NCBI RefSeq assembly: GCF_963921235.1
Contig: NC_086102.1
Span: forward strand, 152,768,001-152,832,000
Reading direction: 5' to 3'
Length of the DNA stretch: 64,000 bases
Origin: Mobula hypostoma
Taxonomy: Eukaryota
Part shown: piece by piece, positions 28,601 through 40,589 of the stretch
How the letters are laid out: every line of letters starts with the position of its first letter
How positions within the stretch are numbered: the stretch's first letter is position 1
The notes under the pieces: generated by a model
The model's database searches: none
What the model saw: only the letters and a program-made list of their open reading frames with translations
What the model was told of the DNA's origin: nothing
Program-made: the position numbers and the translations under genes

Positions 28601-31600
28601 GAAGAGAGACCGACCCCAATGATCCTCTCAGCCGTCCTTGCAATCCTTTTCAAGAGGATTGGGGCCAGATGCCTTTCAATTCTGTTATCAGCTGGTCAGT
28701 TCTTCTTTGGTACAAAATCTAGTATTTAAATATTCATAATCCAATACATATTGGTGGATAATGACCAGAACTGGGACCATTTTTTTCACTCTGGTCATCA
28801 CTTTTTATTTGATCCTTTGAAGCCAGCTGAATGAACCAGTGGGAAAGTGAGCAATTATATATGACAAGCAACACACATCAAAGTTGCTGGTGAACGCAGC
28901 AGACCAGGCAGCATCTCTAGGAAGAGGTAAAGTCGACGTTTCGGGCCGAGACCCTTCGTCAGGACTAACTGAAGGAAGAGCTAGTAAGAGATTTGAAAGT
29001 GGGAGGGGGAGGGGGAGATTTTTGGCCTCACTGTGCCTTACTAAGAAAGAGGTTTATGGTGTGCATCACAGCTTCACAGCTTCCATTAATCATACATCAG
29101 GACTTCCTTATTTGTGTTACATTAAAAATAGATCTGAGAAAGTTTGTGGCATTATACAGTAAATACTAGTTAAATATTTCACATAAAATGGAAAAGTTTA
29201 AAGTTTTCACTCCTGACACAAAAAAAAGCTCTAGTTTTTCCACCCACGTCTATATAGACAGAATCGGGAAGCATTTTAATTGAGGGTCAATACAACCTAA
29301 ATTGCTTGATTTCACACTTGATAATCATAGTATATGAATATCAGCAAGGACCAGTGAATAGCAATTGGGACTGAGATGACATTTCTCAACCTCTGCTCTA
29401 ACAAGAAACCTTATAGTTCGACATGTTAGATCAGTTAAGTGAGCATAAAGCACAATTTGAACCTGGAATAGGCCAAGATTTCTTGCAGCTTTGCAGTCAA
29501 GGTTTAAGTCAAGTTTATGATTATATTCATGGGTACATGTAAGCACAGAAGCAATTAAAAACTTACTTGCAACAGCATCACAGGCACGTAGCATCATATA
29601 AGAACTTGTCACAAGAAAAATATAAATTACACACAAACTTTTTCAAGAACAAAAAAAAGTCCATTTTGGAGCAACTTGTCAAAATGGCCATAGTGTTGTT
29701 AAACTGTAGAGATTAGAGTTGTCCCAGTTAATTCAACAATCAAAAGGTTGAAGGGAAGTAACTGTCCTAGAATCTGGTGGTCTGGGATTTCAGGCTTCTG
29801 CCTGATGGTAGCTGGGGAATGACAGGTATCTTTGATGATAGATGTTGCCTTCCATTGGTGGGGATGGATGTAACTGTATTGTCTTAAGCAGAATCCACTA
29901 CTCTCTGCAGCTTCTTATGTTACTGCACATTTGAACTGCTGTAGCAGAACATGACAGACAACCAGTCAGGATACATTCAACAGTACATCTGCAGAATTTC
30001 TTGTGTTTATCATCCAATATGTTAATGCTCAAGAATTTAAAGCTGCTGATCTCTCTGCAATGGAATTCCTAATGAATTCTGGAATGTTTGTCCTCCTTCC
30101 CCTTCCTAAAGTCAACAATCAGCTCTTTACTTTCACTGAAGTTCAGCGAGAGATTGTTTTTGCAATACCACTCAACCAGATGACCTGTCTTACTCTGGCA
30201 ATCTGACTCATCTCCTTTAGTGGTTATCCAGCAGCAGAAGCACCACGAGTGCATTTGAACATGTGTGTACACAGAATACAAGGAGTTAAGCACACAGCCC
30301 TGAGGTGCACCTATTTTAATGGTTAGTGAGGAGATATTGTTACTAATCTGCAATGATTGAAGTCTTTAGACAGGGAAACTGAGTATCCAGTTGTAGGGGG
30401 AGGTACAGAGGCTAGTCTTGAAGCTTGATAATGACCTTCGATGGGATGATTGTGTTGAACACTGAGCTGTTGCCGATGAATGCCTGTATGAACACCTGGT
30501 GTCCTGGTGAACCAGAGCAGAGTAAAAAATCAGAAAAATAGCATCTGCTGCTGACATGTTATGGCTGTAGGAAAACTGGATTCAGATGGAGTTGATCTGT
30601 GCTATAACCATATGCCTTTTTGAACCAGATTGGAACCTCAGACCACAGAAGAGATAGATTGAATATGTCTGCAAATACCCCAGTCAGTTTGCCAACACAG
30701 ATGTTTAGCACTTAGCCACATACACCATCTAGACCAGACTTCTTTCATGGATTTACCCTCTTGAAGAAAGCTCATATGTCATTCTCAGAGACTGAAATTA
30801 CAGGGTCATCTAAAGATGTGGGGGCTGGTATGAGTGTGCCTTATGTCACCCTGTTAAAATGTGCATAAAAGGCATTGAGCTCACGCTATCCAATCTCATC
30901 TTGTAGGAAGATGTATCATACAAGCCCTCCCACAGCTGTTGAACATCCATCTATGATTCCAGTTTAATCCAAAAGTGCCTTTTTGCACTCTGAAAGTAGT
31001 ACTGGGATTTCTTATAAAACTTTCTCGAGTCACAAGACCTACGTACTACAGATTTAGCCATTAGCAGATTACAGATCTTCTGGTTCATCCAGGGCTTCTG
31101 ATTGAGGAAGACTCGGAATGTTTTTGTGGGTGCACATTTATCCACACATATCCATATAAAGTCAGTGACAACTATGGCATATTCATTTAAGTCCACTGAT
31201 GAATTCTTGAACATATTCCGCTCATTGACTCAAAGCAATCCTGCATTTACTCATTTGCTTCTGCTGTCCAGTTCTTTGTGGTCCTTCGCACTGATGCCAT
31301 GCTTCTCAGTTTCTGTCTGTATGCAGACAAGAGAAGCACAGTGGGTGAGAGATGGAGTGGTCAGCATTGTTGATGGTGGTATAGCAGTGGTCAAGTGTAT
31401 TGAGTCCTCTAGTATTGCAAGTGATGTACTGATAGTTGTTAGGCAAAGACTTCTTCAAGACTTATTAACCATGATGTGACAGGCTATGTTGCTTTGTCTT
31501 GTTAATCACAGCAATTAGTTCCTCAAGTGCAAGCTTGATGTCTACCTGAGGTGAAACGTAGACTGCAGTTAGGATGATGAAGAAGAGTTCCCAAGTAAGG

Positions 31601-34600
31601 TAGAATGGTCAGCACTTTCCTGCAAGGTGTTCCAGTTCAGTGGGAGCAAGAATGGGACAAAAGCACAAGTCAGTGGACTAGGGTGAGTTACTCACAATGT
31701 ATCAAGCCAAATGATGCAGTTACCCACTGAACTACAGGCTCTCCCCAGGTCACAGTCAGAAATCTGGCCAAGAACTGAGTTCCCACATGGTAGAGGATCC
31801 ATGCAAAGGTCAGTTATTCCCCAGGAGTAGATAGTCTAGATCTCAGACTATTAATGATATTATTTTAAAACATTTTAATCCATAAGGTTTTAAATGCTGT
31901 TGACAGCTTTAAATAGAATACTACTGCTAGCCCAGATGCTATATCACTAAATTGGATTCAAAAATTGAATATCAATGTGTTAACTAGAATGTGCTCTTCT
32001 TGGGTTCTGTATGGCAAAATTCCAGCTAGTATCAAGTAGAGTTTCCAGCTGTTCACGGCAACTGGCAAATCCATCACATCTGTCTCTCAAATGCTCATTT
32101 GTATGTATGGACTGTACATAAGTCGGGTGTTTGTAAACTGGGAAGAACCTACTATATGTGTATTGGTAAATTTGATACGTGTAAATCATATGCTTCTATC
32201 TGCTTTCTTTCTTTAGAAAAAGAAATACAGAAGTACCTTTATAGCACTAGGCATATCGTCAACTGCAGGAGTTCCTATATCAAATTCAATTCCACCATGC
32301 AAATGGAAATATTCATTTGTTTTGTACTGAAAATGTCTACATTTGAAGCCTGGGCCCAGAAGAAGGGGTGGAAACTCACGTTCTGTTTTTAACTTTTCAT
32401 CTGTAACAAAGAAAGGAGATATAGTGAATGGTGATAGCATTTCTAGCACATCAGTTCAAATGATAATTGTGAAGAAAGCCCGTGAATAACGTTGAAATAT
32501 CACATTGTTGTTTTAAAATTAAACTGTCTTCATGTGGTTCAATGACATTAAAGACAAATAATTTTGTAAGTTAAAAATGCCTTCATTCTTTTAAACTATT
32601 TAATTCTGCAACTGTCAAACTGCAACCAGTTCATCATAAAATTTGCAAGATCAAATCATTATCAGTTGAAAAATGATTTTGTCTATTTTAATTCATCTAG
32701 TTAAACTCTAAAATGACCTCCATTATAGCAATTACCTGCTTTTAAAATGTTTTCCAGGATTCTTGCATCCTCTATTCAGTCAGAAAGTTTATTCTATGTA
32801 GGGTTCACCCATAAATGATTTTTAAAAATGGCCAGAGTGCTTTTAACATTTTGCACCTTTCATAATTTTCATTTTACTTTTAGAGTTAACTTAATGTAGT
32901 GCTTTAACATTATCAGTACTTAATCAGATTGTACCTTGATTACTTTGAGTTATGGTTAGCAAAATTAAAGAAAAACATTCACACTCTGAAGTAGGTAAAA
33001 TGTTACATGCCCGAGTTAAAAGCTTGCCACTGCTAGGGGTCTGATTTATGACAAAAGTACTGAGGAGCTTCAGCCCAGAAATCAGGTTAAGCAGCATTGA
33101 TCTGTTAGGAAGGTAGCTCTTCTCAGAGCAACTATGGATGCATAGTTGACTCTTGCTTTTGCCCGAATTCTGTGAATGAATAAGAAGTGGCACTGGGACA
33201 GACAAAACTCAGAATGGATCCAAAAACACGTGCAGGATCCTAGTTTAATTAAGAACTTCCATCTACAATTTTCTGCCAAATGCTCAATACCACTAGAAAA
33301 TACCAATCCAATACGAGCAGTATACAGTAATCACAACTACAATTATACACGTACTTCTTGCCTGTCAAATAGGAAGAGGTTATTTATGTCTAAAAATCTG
33401 GTGCTATACAAATATATGACATAAGTATATAAAATATATATCTTAAAGGTATGCCTTATTCAGAAAGAGTACAGTATTTATAGAAAGTTTGTACCTCATT
33501 GAGGGTAGTTGTGGCATTTGTGGTGACAGAGGTTAGGGGAGTAGCTTCTTTCTATCTGTGAAAAGAAATTGTCTCCTCAGCAAATGAAGCAAGCTCTTGA
33601 AAATAGAGCTGAGGGTATACAGCTTTGGAGGAGCCTAAAATACTTTCTTGTCAAAAAAAATGATGGAGTCAACATTTAAGTTTTTGGAACACGTGCTTCT
33701 TCAGAGCTAGCCACATACTGGCTATACAGAAATTCTACGATGGTCAAGGCACTCAGAAAACTAAGGTGGGTGTTACAAGTGGCTCACACTCTGAGATTGC
33801 GCAGGGTTGCCTTGGAAGAGCAATTCGAATTTGCTGTTTACAAACTTAATGTGCTCAATGGATTAGTGCTCTAGTTTTAGAAGTTTTGGTAAATAAATAC
33901 AAAAAAGATTAAATTTGACTCATGATATTAATAAGAGATTATTTGAGAAGCAACTTTATCAGGCTGCCTTTCTAATATAAAAAAAATGAAGAAATCTAAT
34001 GAGGTTTGAAAACTTTCTTTTTAACTTTGTTTTCTATTTAGATTAGGTTTGAATGGGGACAATTATCAATATCAGTGAACTGAAAGATTCATCAATATAG
34101 CTTGGATGTACTTTGGCTTGATACGCTGGATTATGAATTGCAATGTAAGAACAGTGAAATACAACTTCAGTTTCCTCAATTAAATGGGATTAGAATTAAC
34201 ATAAATGTTGCTTGATGGTTGGCTTCGAGTTGGGCTGTAGGGTCTATTCCTGTTTGACTCAATGACTTGTCTATATTCTTGCTCTTAGCTATTCTGGTGC
34301 AGAAAACAGAGAAGAGAAGGCAAAATTATAGGATAATTATAGGATAAAATTTTTTGCTAAATTGTTTTCTTGCAATTTGTTTTGATCTGGGTCCCGGGCA
34401 GCTTGTTCTATTTTCTGAGAGAAAGATGTAACACAGGACTCAAGTAGAATGAAGGGATTAAAATATACTCAAGTAATACAAATATTATTAATCTGTAAAA
34501 CATTATTAATATTATCATCTGTATGCATTAATTAATTTTCTTTCCTTTAAGGCCAGTCTTTTAAATGATCTAGGAAAATAAATTCACAGAAAAAGGTATA

Positions 34601-37600
34601 TATGCATACCCTTTTATAACGTTATTTATAAAGTTTTCAGATTCGGCAAACATGATGTTAATGGTAACCTTTACCAGAAAATGGAGGTAGAAGTCTGCTC
34701 AAATCTGGAATTTTCCTCTTCTCCTTCAGTGCGATAAAAAATGGCACAAGGAAGGCAATTAACTTGAGATAAGTGATGTCTCTGTGGACCTCTGCTTTCC
34801 TTGTCAGATACTTTTCAACAAGCTTCTTGTGAAGAATCAGTCTCTGCTGTAGTCTCTGATATTTTACTAGATCAATTTCTTCTTCTGTAAGTCTAACAGC
34901 ATTACCAAGAACAAAATCTGCATCATATGTGAACAAATTTTGATGTTGCTTAACACTTATGATGTAGGGGTTGATTTGAAGTAAAACATTGTTCACATAT
35001 TTCATAAATAACTCCACCTCTGCACAACTGTTGGGATCATATGTTGGATCCGTGTGTACATCAGTACTGTAGATTCCTTCAAAATCATGATCAGTTGAAA
35101 TATCTATAAGTCCTATTTTGCAAAGAATAAATTCTAAATTAGAAATATTATTTTATTATGCTTTTAGAACATAAAATCTATAGATTATAAAACTATTTCT
35201 CATTTGGTATTTACATGGTATTGCCAGACATATTATTAATTTAATCGTGACTGAATCATAATATATAGCATAGACAGATCCACAGTAAAGCTTTTCCCAC
35301 TGTGCTCCAATCTAAAAGTGTTCCTCTAACACATCTACATGAAACTTTGATCTTCCTTGTGGGCATTGAGCTACACAGGCCACGAAAAACCGGGTTCACG
35401 GAGTAAAAACTACCCAAAAGCAGCTTTACCAGAGCAGCAGCTGAAGGGCTCAATAGTCAGCATGAACCATAGGGCCTGTTTCTGTGACTCTATATCTCAC
35501 AAGATAGGTCTGGGGCATGAGGTTGAAATAACAGATCATGAACATTAGGTGACAAGTGAACCGGCATCAAATTGTGCAGACGAAACAAAGTAATGAAAGC
35601 ATCATTGACAAAAATTTCAGCACTTTTGTATTGCTAATGATTCAGCAGTCTGTCAAAATAAAAATTAAAACGCTCTTCTTCTTCAGCTAGGGTCATTAGA
35701 GGAAAGATGAGTATTTTGTCAACTCCACAATGGTGAATCTTGAAATTGGTACAGTGTTGATCATACATAATCTATTTGAAATGTTGATGGCTTTCCTGCT
35801 AGTTTCTTTCTACCAAAGCACATGTAATCATCATACTATGTCAGATGGAAACAAGCTAAATACCTATCAGGACATGAGATAAGCCTGGAACATCAGAAGT
35901 GGACACTGTGGTAAATACAATATGCAAAAGCAATGGTCATCGTAGATGCAGAACAAGGATAGCAATTTCAATCAAAACATCACAAATGGAAAGATGTTCC
36001 TTAAAATGTTATGATAATTAACAAGTTCTTTATTGAGCATGGATTTGCATTCCACAGAGGTAATAAAGTTAGGATCATCATATTCCAGAGACTATTTAGA
36101 GACTTTTATACTCGTAGACCTGGGACTCACTACTTCCCTTTACAACTGGATTCTTGACTTCCTCACCAACAGACAGCAATCAATATGGAGAGGTAGCTGC
36201 ATCTGCGCCACAAGTATCCTCAACATTTGTGCTCTATAATGCTGCGTCCTCAGCCCCCACTTTACTCCCCAAACACTCACAACAACATGAACAGATTCTG
36301 CAGGTGACATGACCTTAGTGGGCTGACTCTTTAATAACAATGAATTGGAGTACAGGAAGAAAATAAACCTTTCCTTTGATGTCAGCGAAACAAAAGAATG
36401 AGTCATTTCCTTTAGGAAGTGGGCGCGATGTACATGCTCCTATTTACATCAAGATGGGTTGAAAGCTTCAAGTTCCTAGGAGGGAACATTATCGATAGCC
36501 TGTCCAGGTCCAACCACGTAAACACCATGGCCAAGAAAGCGCTCCAGTGTCTTACCTCCTAAGGAAATTTGGCAAGTCCTCTTTGACCCTCACTAATTTC
36601 TATCAGTACTTTGAAGAAAGCATCCTATATGCATTGCCGTTTGGTCTGGCAACTATTGTGCCCAACAGAAGGCTGTGGACCCAGCTCAGCAAATCATGGA
36701 AATCAGCCTCTCCTGTCTACACTTCACATGTCCTCAGTAAACCAGACAACATAATCAAAACCCCCACCTACCTGGATATTCTCTCTTCTCCCACCTTCCA
36801 TTAGGCAGAAGATACAAAATACTGAAAGCATATACCACCAGGCTCAAGATCAGCTCCTAATCTACTGTTATAAGACTATGGAAGTGTCCCCCGTCATGAT
36901 AAAATGGACTCGACCTCACAGTCTTGTTATGGCTTTGCACCTTACTGTCTACTTGCACTGAACTTTCTCTGTGACTGTAGCACTTTATTCTGCATTCTGT
37001 TATTGCTTTCCCTTGTACACTGTTGTAACAAAATGATCTGATGGATGGGATTCAAAACAAAGGTTTTCACTGTACCTTGGTACGTGACAATAATAAACCA
37101 AATTACTATTTACTTCAGCACCGATTACTCAACTTCATCGACTCTTAGCTGATCGCACAGGAGAGCAAAGGTAATGCTTAATCTTTCATCAAATACTTGT
37201 AAAATTAAATTCATTAATATGGTAGGACAGAATGTGAATGTTAAACACACAAAAGCAGCTGAATAGCAGAGTAAGGTTTTTTTCAATGACTATGGACTTA
37301 ACATCAGGTTTATGAAATGTATCCAGATTTTTAATGAGACGGTGAATTGTAGAACTATGGGATTTGAGTCACTGCAATACATTAATATCTACACTGTTCA
37401 AGCCAAAAGACCTGACAATACAAAGATAGGCGGAGAATAAATTAATAGAGAACAAAAATTGTAAAATATGCATTAAAATATTCATATTATTAATTATGTT
37501 CCTGCATTCGTTGTTTTATTCAAACGTGTATTGCAAAATTCAAAATTGCATGTTAGGTTTTATTTATTAATCATTGTGTAAAATATTTAATGGCCTACTT

Positions 37601-38964
37601 AATATTGTGGTTTGATATTTTCATGTTTTATTGTGGTTACAGTGTCTACTAACTTTCTGTCTTTCCTGAGCTGCAATATATCTTAATCTGTCTCTGTGTT
37701 TTTCTATATTAACTTTGTGTTATATCTTAGTGAGAATTTTTACTTAGTGTAAATGCATTATGAACTCAAAGCTAATACTCCTTAAAATAATTTTCCAGGG
37801 CACCCATTCATCTGAATTCCAGCTTATCTGAAAATGAAAGAAATGTAAACCGAACTATTTCTGTACTTTCTAAAATAAAAATTACATAATTGTTTGCATG
37901 TATTAAAGATTATCCAGAACAGATCTTTCCATATTTATTGCTACACATTTTCCAGTATTTGTCAGAATATTATAGATATAGAGAGGTATAGATAGGGTAC
38001 ATGGAAGTAGGTTTTTTCCACTGAGGTTAGGTGGGACTACAACCAGAGGTCATGGGTTAAGGGTGAAAAGTGAAAAGTTTAAGGGAATATAAGGGGAAAC
38101 TTCCTCACTCAGAGAGCCGTGAGAGTGTGGAATGAGCTGCCAGAACATGGGGTGCATACAAGTTCAATTTCCAATGCCTAAGTGAAGTTTAGATAGGTAC
38201 ATGGATGGTTGCAGTCCGGAGGGCTATAGTCCCAGTGCAAGTTGTTGGGAGTAGGCAGTTTAGATGGTTTCAGCATGAACTAGATGGGCCAAAGGGCCTG
38301 TTTCCGAGCTGTACATCATCATACGATTCTATATAATGCTCAACAATTGCAAATAATTACCTGCTTTAAGAAACTCAGAAGATATATTTTCCTTTGTCTC
38401 AGGAGTTCCATCAACATTTGTATTGATATTGGAGCGCCAGGACTCTGAAAAGAGCATCCTTTTTTCCTTTGGCATGTAAGCTCCATGCCACAGTGCTTTC
38501 ATTGTGTAGTCCACATTTATCAACATTTGCCCAATTAGTGTATCATGATAAGCAGGTGACAGAAGGCATGAGGAACTATGATCAAAGTTGCCATCTATAT
38601 AAATAGATGGAAGTTGATTCATAACATAAATACCTATCACTAATTCCCTCAAAATTTGCTGGAATTCTTTATAATTAAATGGAGCATTTGGTATCACTGG
38701 AGCAAGAACAATAGCGTTGGAGTAATTGAAGTCTTTCATTTGGCTTGACAATCCAGTGGGGAGTTGGATTGGATACTGAAATTCTTCAATAGGCTGAAGC
38801 CAGCTGCAGGTGGCTGTGGCAAGCAATTCTTGTAAATCATTCAAATTATATTTGCTAAGGTTAATATTTGCATTCATTTGCTCTTCCAAATTGGCTTCCT
38901 CATTATTTTGCTTGCCCTGTTTTACTTTCAAGGAAGTCAGTTTCTGATTTCTATGAGAATACTC
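4574..38964 (-). CDS. ANKAR: Ankyrin and armadillo repeat-containing protein, 5' part (multi-exon; 3' exons lie left of the window)
   Basis: Nine exons join in frame: 38964-38361, 35112-34675, 32400-32237, 28184-28069, 18681-18501, 14570-14348, 13187-12986, 10823-10615, 4678-4574. Peptides match remembered ANKAR (QILRELVIGIY, PAYHDTLIGQMLINVDYTMKALWHG, DPTYDPNS, KTEREFPP, YFHLHGGIEFDI, ankyrin repeats). Gene order next to ASNSD1 is as in human. Confidence 0.95.
5730..9785 (+). mobile_element. Degenerate Ty3/Gypsy LTR retrotransposon (both LTRs, gag-pro-RT-RNaseH-IN remnants)
   Basis: 5' LTR 5730-5968 (TG..CA), PBS-like TGGCGAC at 5970, 3' LTR ~9561-9785. Gag CYHCG..H....C knuckle, protease ELDTGS, RT SVRICGDFK, RNase H FASRS/TDCQLL/NADGLS, integrase RRIHVDFDGP. 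Frameshifted and internally deleted. Confidence 0.92.
10615..10823 (-). CDS. ANKAR: ANKAR exon (209 nt), ankyrin repeats; GC donor
   Basis: gtttag|A ... AAAG|gcatgt; YHATPLLLAT...GNNVVHLAAL...VWNLLK. Confidence 0.9.
11380..11945 (+). mobile_element. Non-autonomous interspersed element with RTE-like 5' UTR motif
   Basis: GC-rich block in AT-rich intron. GGCAACTCATCTAGGAGAAGGAAAACTC resembles remembered RTE-clade 5' UTRs; CAA-rich end. Confidence 0.5.
12986..13187 (-). CDS. ANKAR: ANKAR exon (202 nt), ankyrin repeats
   Basis: ttgtag|GT ... GA|gtaagt; GQTGLHLAAKCG...GWTAMHFAAFFDN. Confidence 0.93.
14348..14570 (-). CDS. ANKAR: ANKAR exon (223 nt), first ankyrin repeat
   Basis: atgcag|AAT ... 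TCAG|gtgggc; NLPFG...DEAGYGLVHHAAIHN. Confidence 0.92.
14995..15485 (-). mobile_element. Rex1/Babar-like LINE 3' fragment
   Basis: SIIKDPHHLSHILFSLLLLGRRY C-terminal motif plus tail. Confidence 0.7.
15797..16955 (-). mobile_element. CR1 LINE 3' portion, interrupted at 16744-16873 by a Penelope-derived insert
   Basis: LYRTLVRPHLEYCAQFWSPH...RGDLIEVYKIM...TRGH motif; (TTCTATGT)-like tail. Confidence 0.92.
17930..18310. repeat. Diverged tandem duplication, 2 x ~190 bp
   Basis: gcattaaatatg..tcttgtgattt..ctatcaatgt.actgggacaa..aaactacttacaaactcac..ggcaactatt..aaaataaatactt occurs twice. Confidence 0.85.
18501..18681 (-). CDS. ANKAR: ANKAR exon (181 nt)
   Basis: ttacag|T ... AAG|gtgcta; SYYVICIELE...KKAAKCK. 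Confidence 0.92.
19064..19580. mobile_element. Tc1/mariner-like MITE palindrome(s) within a composite repeat
   Basis: TGCAAAAGTCTTAGGCA...TGCCTAAGACTTTTGCA at 19071-19124; a further copy of the same terminus at ~19545-19575. Confidence 0.6.
19735..20027. mobile_element. Tc1-like transposon terminal fragment
   Basis: Ends in attaaagaggcctctgagtg, a decayed Tc1-type TIR; internal sequence typical of fish Tc1 ends (from memory). Confidence 0.6.
21245..22712 (-). mobile_element. Solo LTR (1468 bp) with internal tandem arrays
   Basis: TGTCAT...ATGACA termini; 5-bp TSD AGCAC at 21240-21244 and 22713-22717; TATA-like motif on minus strand near 22585 (orientation inferred). Confidence 0.85.
21875..22270. 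repeat. 64-bp minisatellite, ~6 units, inside the LTR
   Basis: GGACACAGAG-type anchor recurs at 21931, 21995, 22059, 22123, 22187 and 22251. Confidence 0.92.
23880..24480 (+). mobile_element. CR1 LINE 3' fragment, degenerate
   Basis: LLQLYRTLVRPHMDNCRQFWSS motif. Confidence 0.8.
25185..25878 (+). mobile_element. Rex1/Babar-like LINE 3' end
   Basis: RIIKVMTHPANTFFVHLHSGRRLRS...NSFFPTVMRLLN; AATAAA plus (AAAGT)n tail. Confidence 0.85.
27598..27825 (+). mobile_element. Short 3' UTR copy of the same Rex1-like family, preceded by a short AT-rich tandem repeat (27538-27597)
   Basis: Near-identical to 25648-25875. Confidence 0.8.
28069..28184 (-). CDS. ANKAR: ANKAR exon (116 nt)
   Basis: ttacag|TTT ... 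AG|gtaggt; FAFDDIHSQ...MPIMQFDGK. Confidence 0.88.
28866..29020 (-). mobile_element. Penelope pseudo-LTR fragment with intact hammerhead core (28931-28966)
   Basis: Same sequence family as 55225-55380. Confidence 0.85.
29500..31650 (-). mobile_element. Degenerate Rex1/Babar-like LINE
   Basis: IGAPQGCVL, EWYCKNNLSLNFSESKEL and NQKPWMNQ remnants. Confidence 0.75.
32237..32400 (-). CDS. ANKAR: ANKAR exon (164 nt)
   Basis: ttacag|AT ... AAG|gtactt; DEKLKTEREFPP...MPSAIK. Confidence 0.93.
34675..35112 (-). CDS. ANKAR: ANKAR exon (438 nt)
   Basis: aaatag|GA ... TCTG|gtaaag; GLIDISTDHDFEGIY...LLPPFS. Confidence 0.93.
36050..37100 (+). mobile_element. Degenerate Rex1/Babar-like LINE 3' portion
   Basis: LYNWILDFLTNRQQS and LLRKFG..LTNFY remnants; aataaacc tail. 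Confidence 0.75.
37980..38325 (+). mobile_element. CR1 3' fragment
   Basis: accagaggtcat..ttaaggg and gatgggccaaagggcctgttt CR1 3' end motifs. Confidence 0.7.
38361..38964 (-). CDS. ANKAR: ANKAR large N-terminal coding exon (604 nt)
   Basis: ttgcag|GAGTAT acceptor, GCAG|gtaatt donor. Frame open throughout; first in-frame ATG at 38877. Confidence 0.92.
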
Positions 38965-39114
38965 CTGCAAGAAAACATACAACTTTAGTGCACTTTTATC
39001 AAAATATTATTTTAATATTAATGTTTATTGATAATGCACATCTATTCCTAAACCATTATTTTGCTATCTTCTGTAGATTGTAATAGGCCTTTGTGAAAAA
39101 AGGATAATTATTTA

Positions 39115-39335
39115 AAAACACGAGAAAACCTGTGGATACTGGAAATCCAAAGCAATGCACACAAAATGTTGGAGGAACTCCGCAGAAAACACGAGAAAAC
39201 CTGTGGGTACTGGAAATTCAAAGCAATGCACACAAAATGTTGGAGGAACAGTCGACAGAATGTCAACTGTTTACTCTTTTCCATAGATGCTGCCTCACCT
39301 GCTAAGTTCCTCCATCATTTTGGGTGTGTTGCTAA
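39115..39335. repeat. Old Penelope-tail derivative with a ~70-bp tandem duplication and inverted arm
   Basis: aaaacacgagaaaacctgtgg..actggaaat.caaagcaatgcacacaaaatgttggaggaac occurs twice, then an inverted catagatgctgcc arm. Confidence 0.7.
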
Positions 39336-39490
39336 TTATTTTAAAAGTCTATTTATATTTTTGTTCACTTCTCCTGATGTGACCATTACATTTATTCCAT
39401 TATGCACAAATATTGTGAAATTTATACAGCAGATACCACCATCAGTATATTTGAATGGATTGCACTAAACTCACTGAATACAAAACTAAC

Positions 39491-39517
39491 CCTTAGCTTC
39501 TTGTCACTGTTCGCCAT
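39491..39517 (-). CDS. ANKAR: Candidate first coding exon of ANKAR (MANSDKKLR; whole exon 39582-39491)
   Basis: Strong Kozak context AAGATGG, phase-0 donor AGG|gttagt matching the phase-0 open frame at 38964, and acceptor ttctttag at 39583. Confidence 0.5.
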
Positions 39518-40589
39518 CTTCTTTTTTCACATTATTTTGCTCTGCTCATATCTTTGTTGCTTTCAACAGATGTAATGAGTTCCTAAAGAATCCTTCATCA
39601 ATTTAGCAGCATCCTTGCCCACCCCATTCAACATTTACCTTTCTACCCAAGGTTTCTCAAAGTAAGCTCAAAATTCTTGAGATTCTCACCTATGTCCATC
39701 CCCTCATAGACTTTCTAAAGTCATTTTTTATCAGCACTATACCTGGCATGATACTATCTTAATTCTCTACACACTCAATTGCTGTCCTTCCTAGCCCTCA
39801 TACCAGCTGGTATTATAAATAGTTCCCTCTCCCTTTGTACTTTAGATAGTATAATTGAAACTGATAGTGTTCTGACTATTAGCGTCAATAAGGATAGAAG
39901 AGTTCTTCTAAGGTAAGTAATATTACTGAATTTGGCACAATTTTGTTGTGAATGATAGTGTAAACTTAAGTTAATGGAGCAATGCCGAGGTTTGTTAGTT
40001 GGAATTACTCTCAGGAGAATTGATAAGATTAGTAAAACTGGAAACTGTCAAAGATTTTGGTAAAGTTGAAGATTGAAAGAGAAATGTTTTAGAAGTAGTG
40101 AGTTGGTTCTGATGTTGCTAGATATGAAACTGAAACTGTGACTAAGATTGGTAAAGTTAGAATATTGTTGGCTTGTTTGAATAAACCAAGGTTAGTATAA
40201 TGCCACTCTGATGTAACCAGAGAGATTGGTAGATATACTGAAATATTCTATCGCCAGGAGTAACTGTCACTTAATTTGGTAGACTGTTAACTGAGCTTGA
40301 CGGACTTGTAAGGCGGCCTTTATGATTGGGAAGCTGTAAATAAAATTAGTAGTTTATACTATAAGATCGTCAATGAAAATACTATAGTTAAACTTGTGAG
40401 GTTGCCCCCGACGATGATCGACAGTCACTGAAGTCAGACGATTGTCACTGAGGAAAAGGCGTAGAGCTGTCTTTGAGTCAGGCAGAGTAAGCCGGCCAAA
40501 GATGAATGAGTAGTTACACCCGTGAAAAACCGAGGCTGATAGTAGCCGCTAATTTTAGTAAAATGCTCAGGATTTGGCTGTAGATCCTC

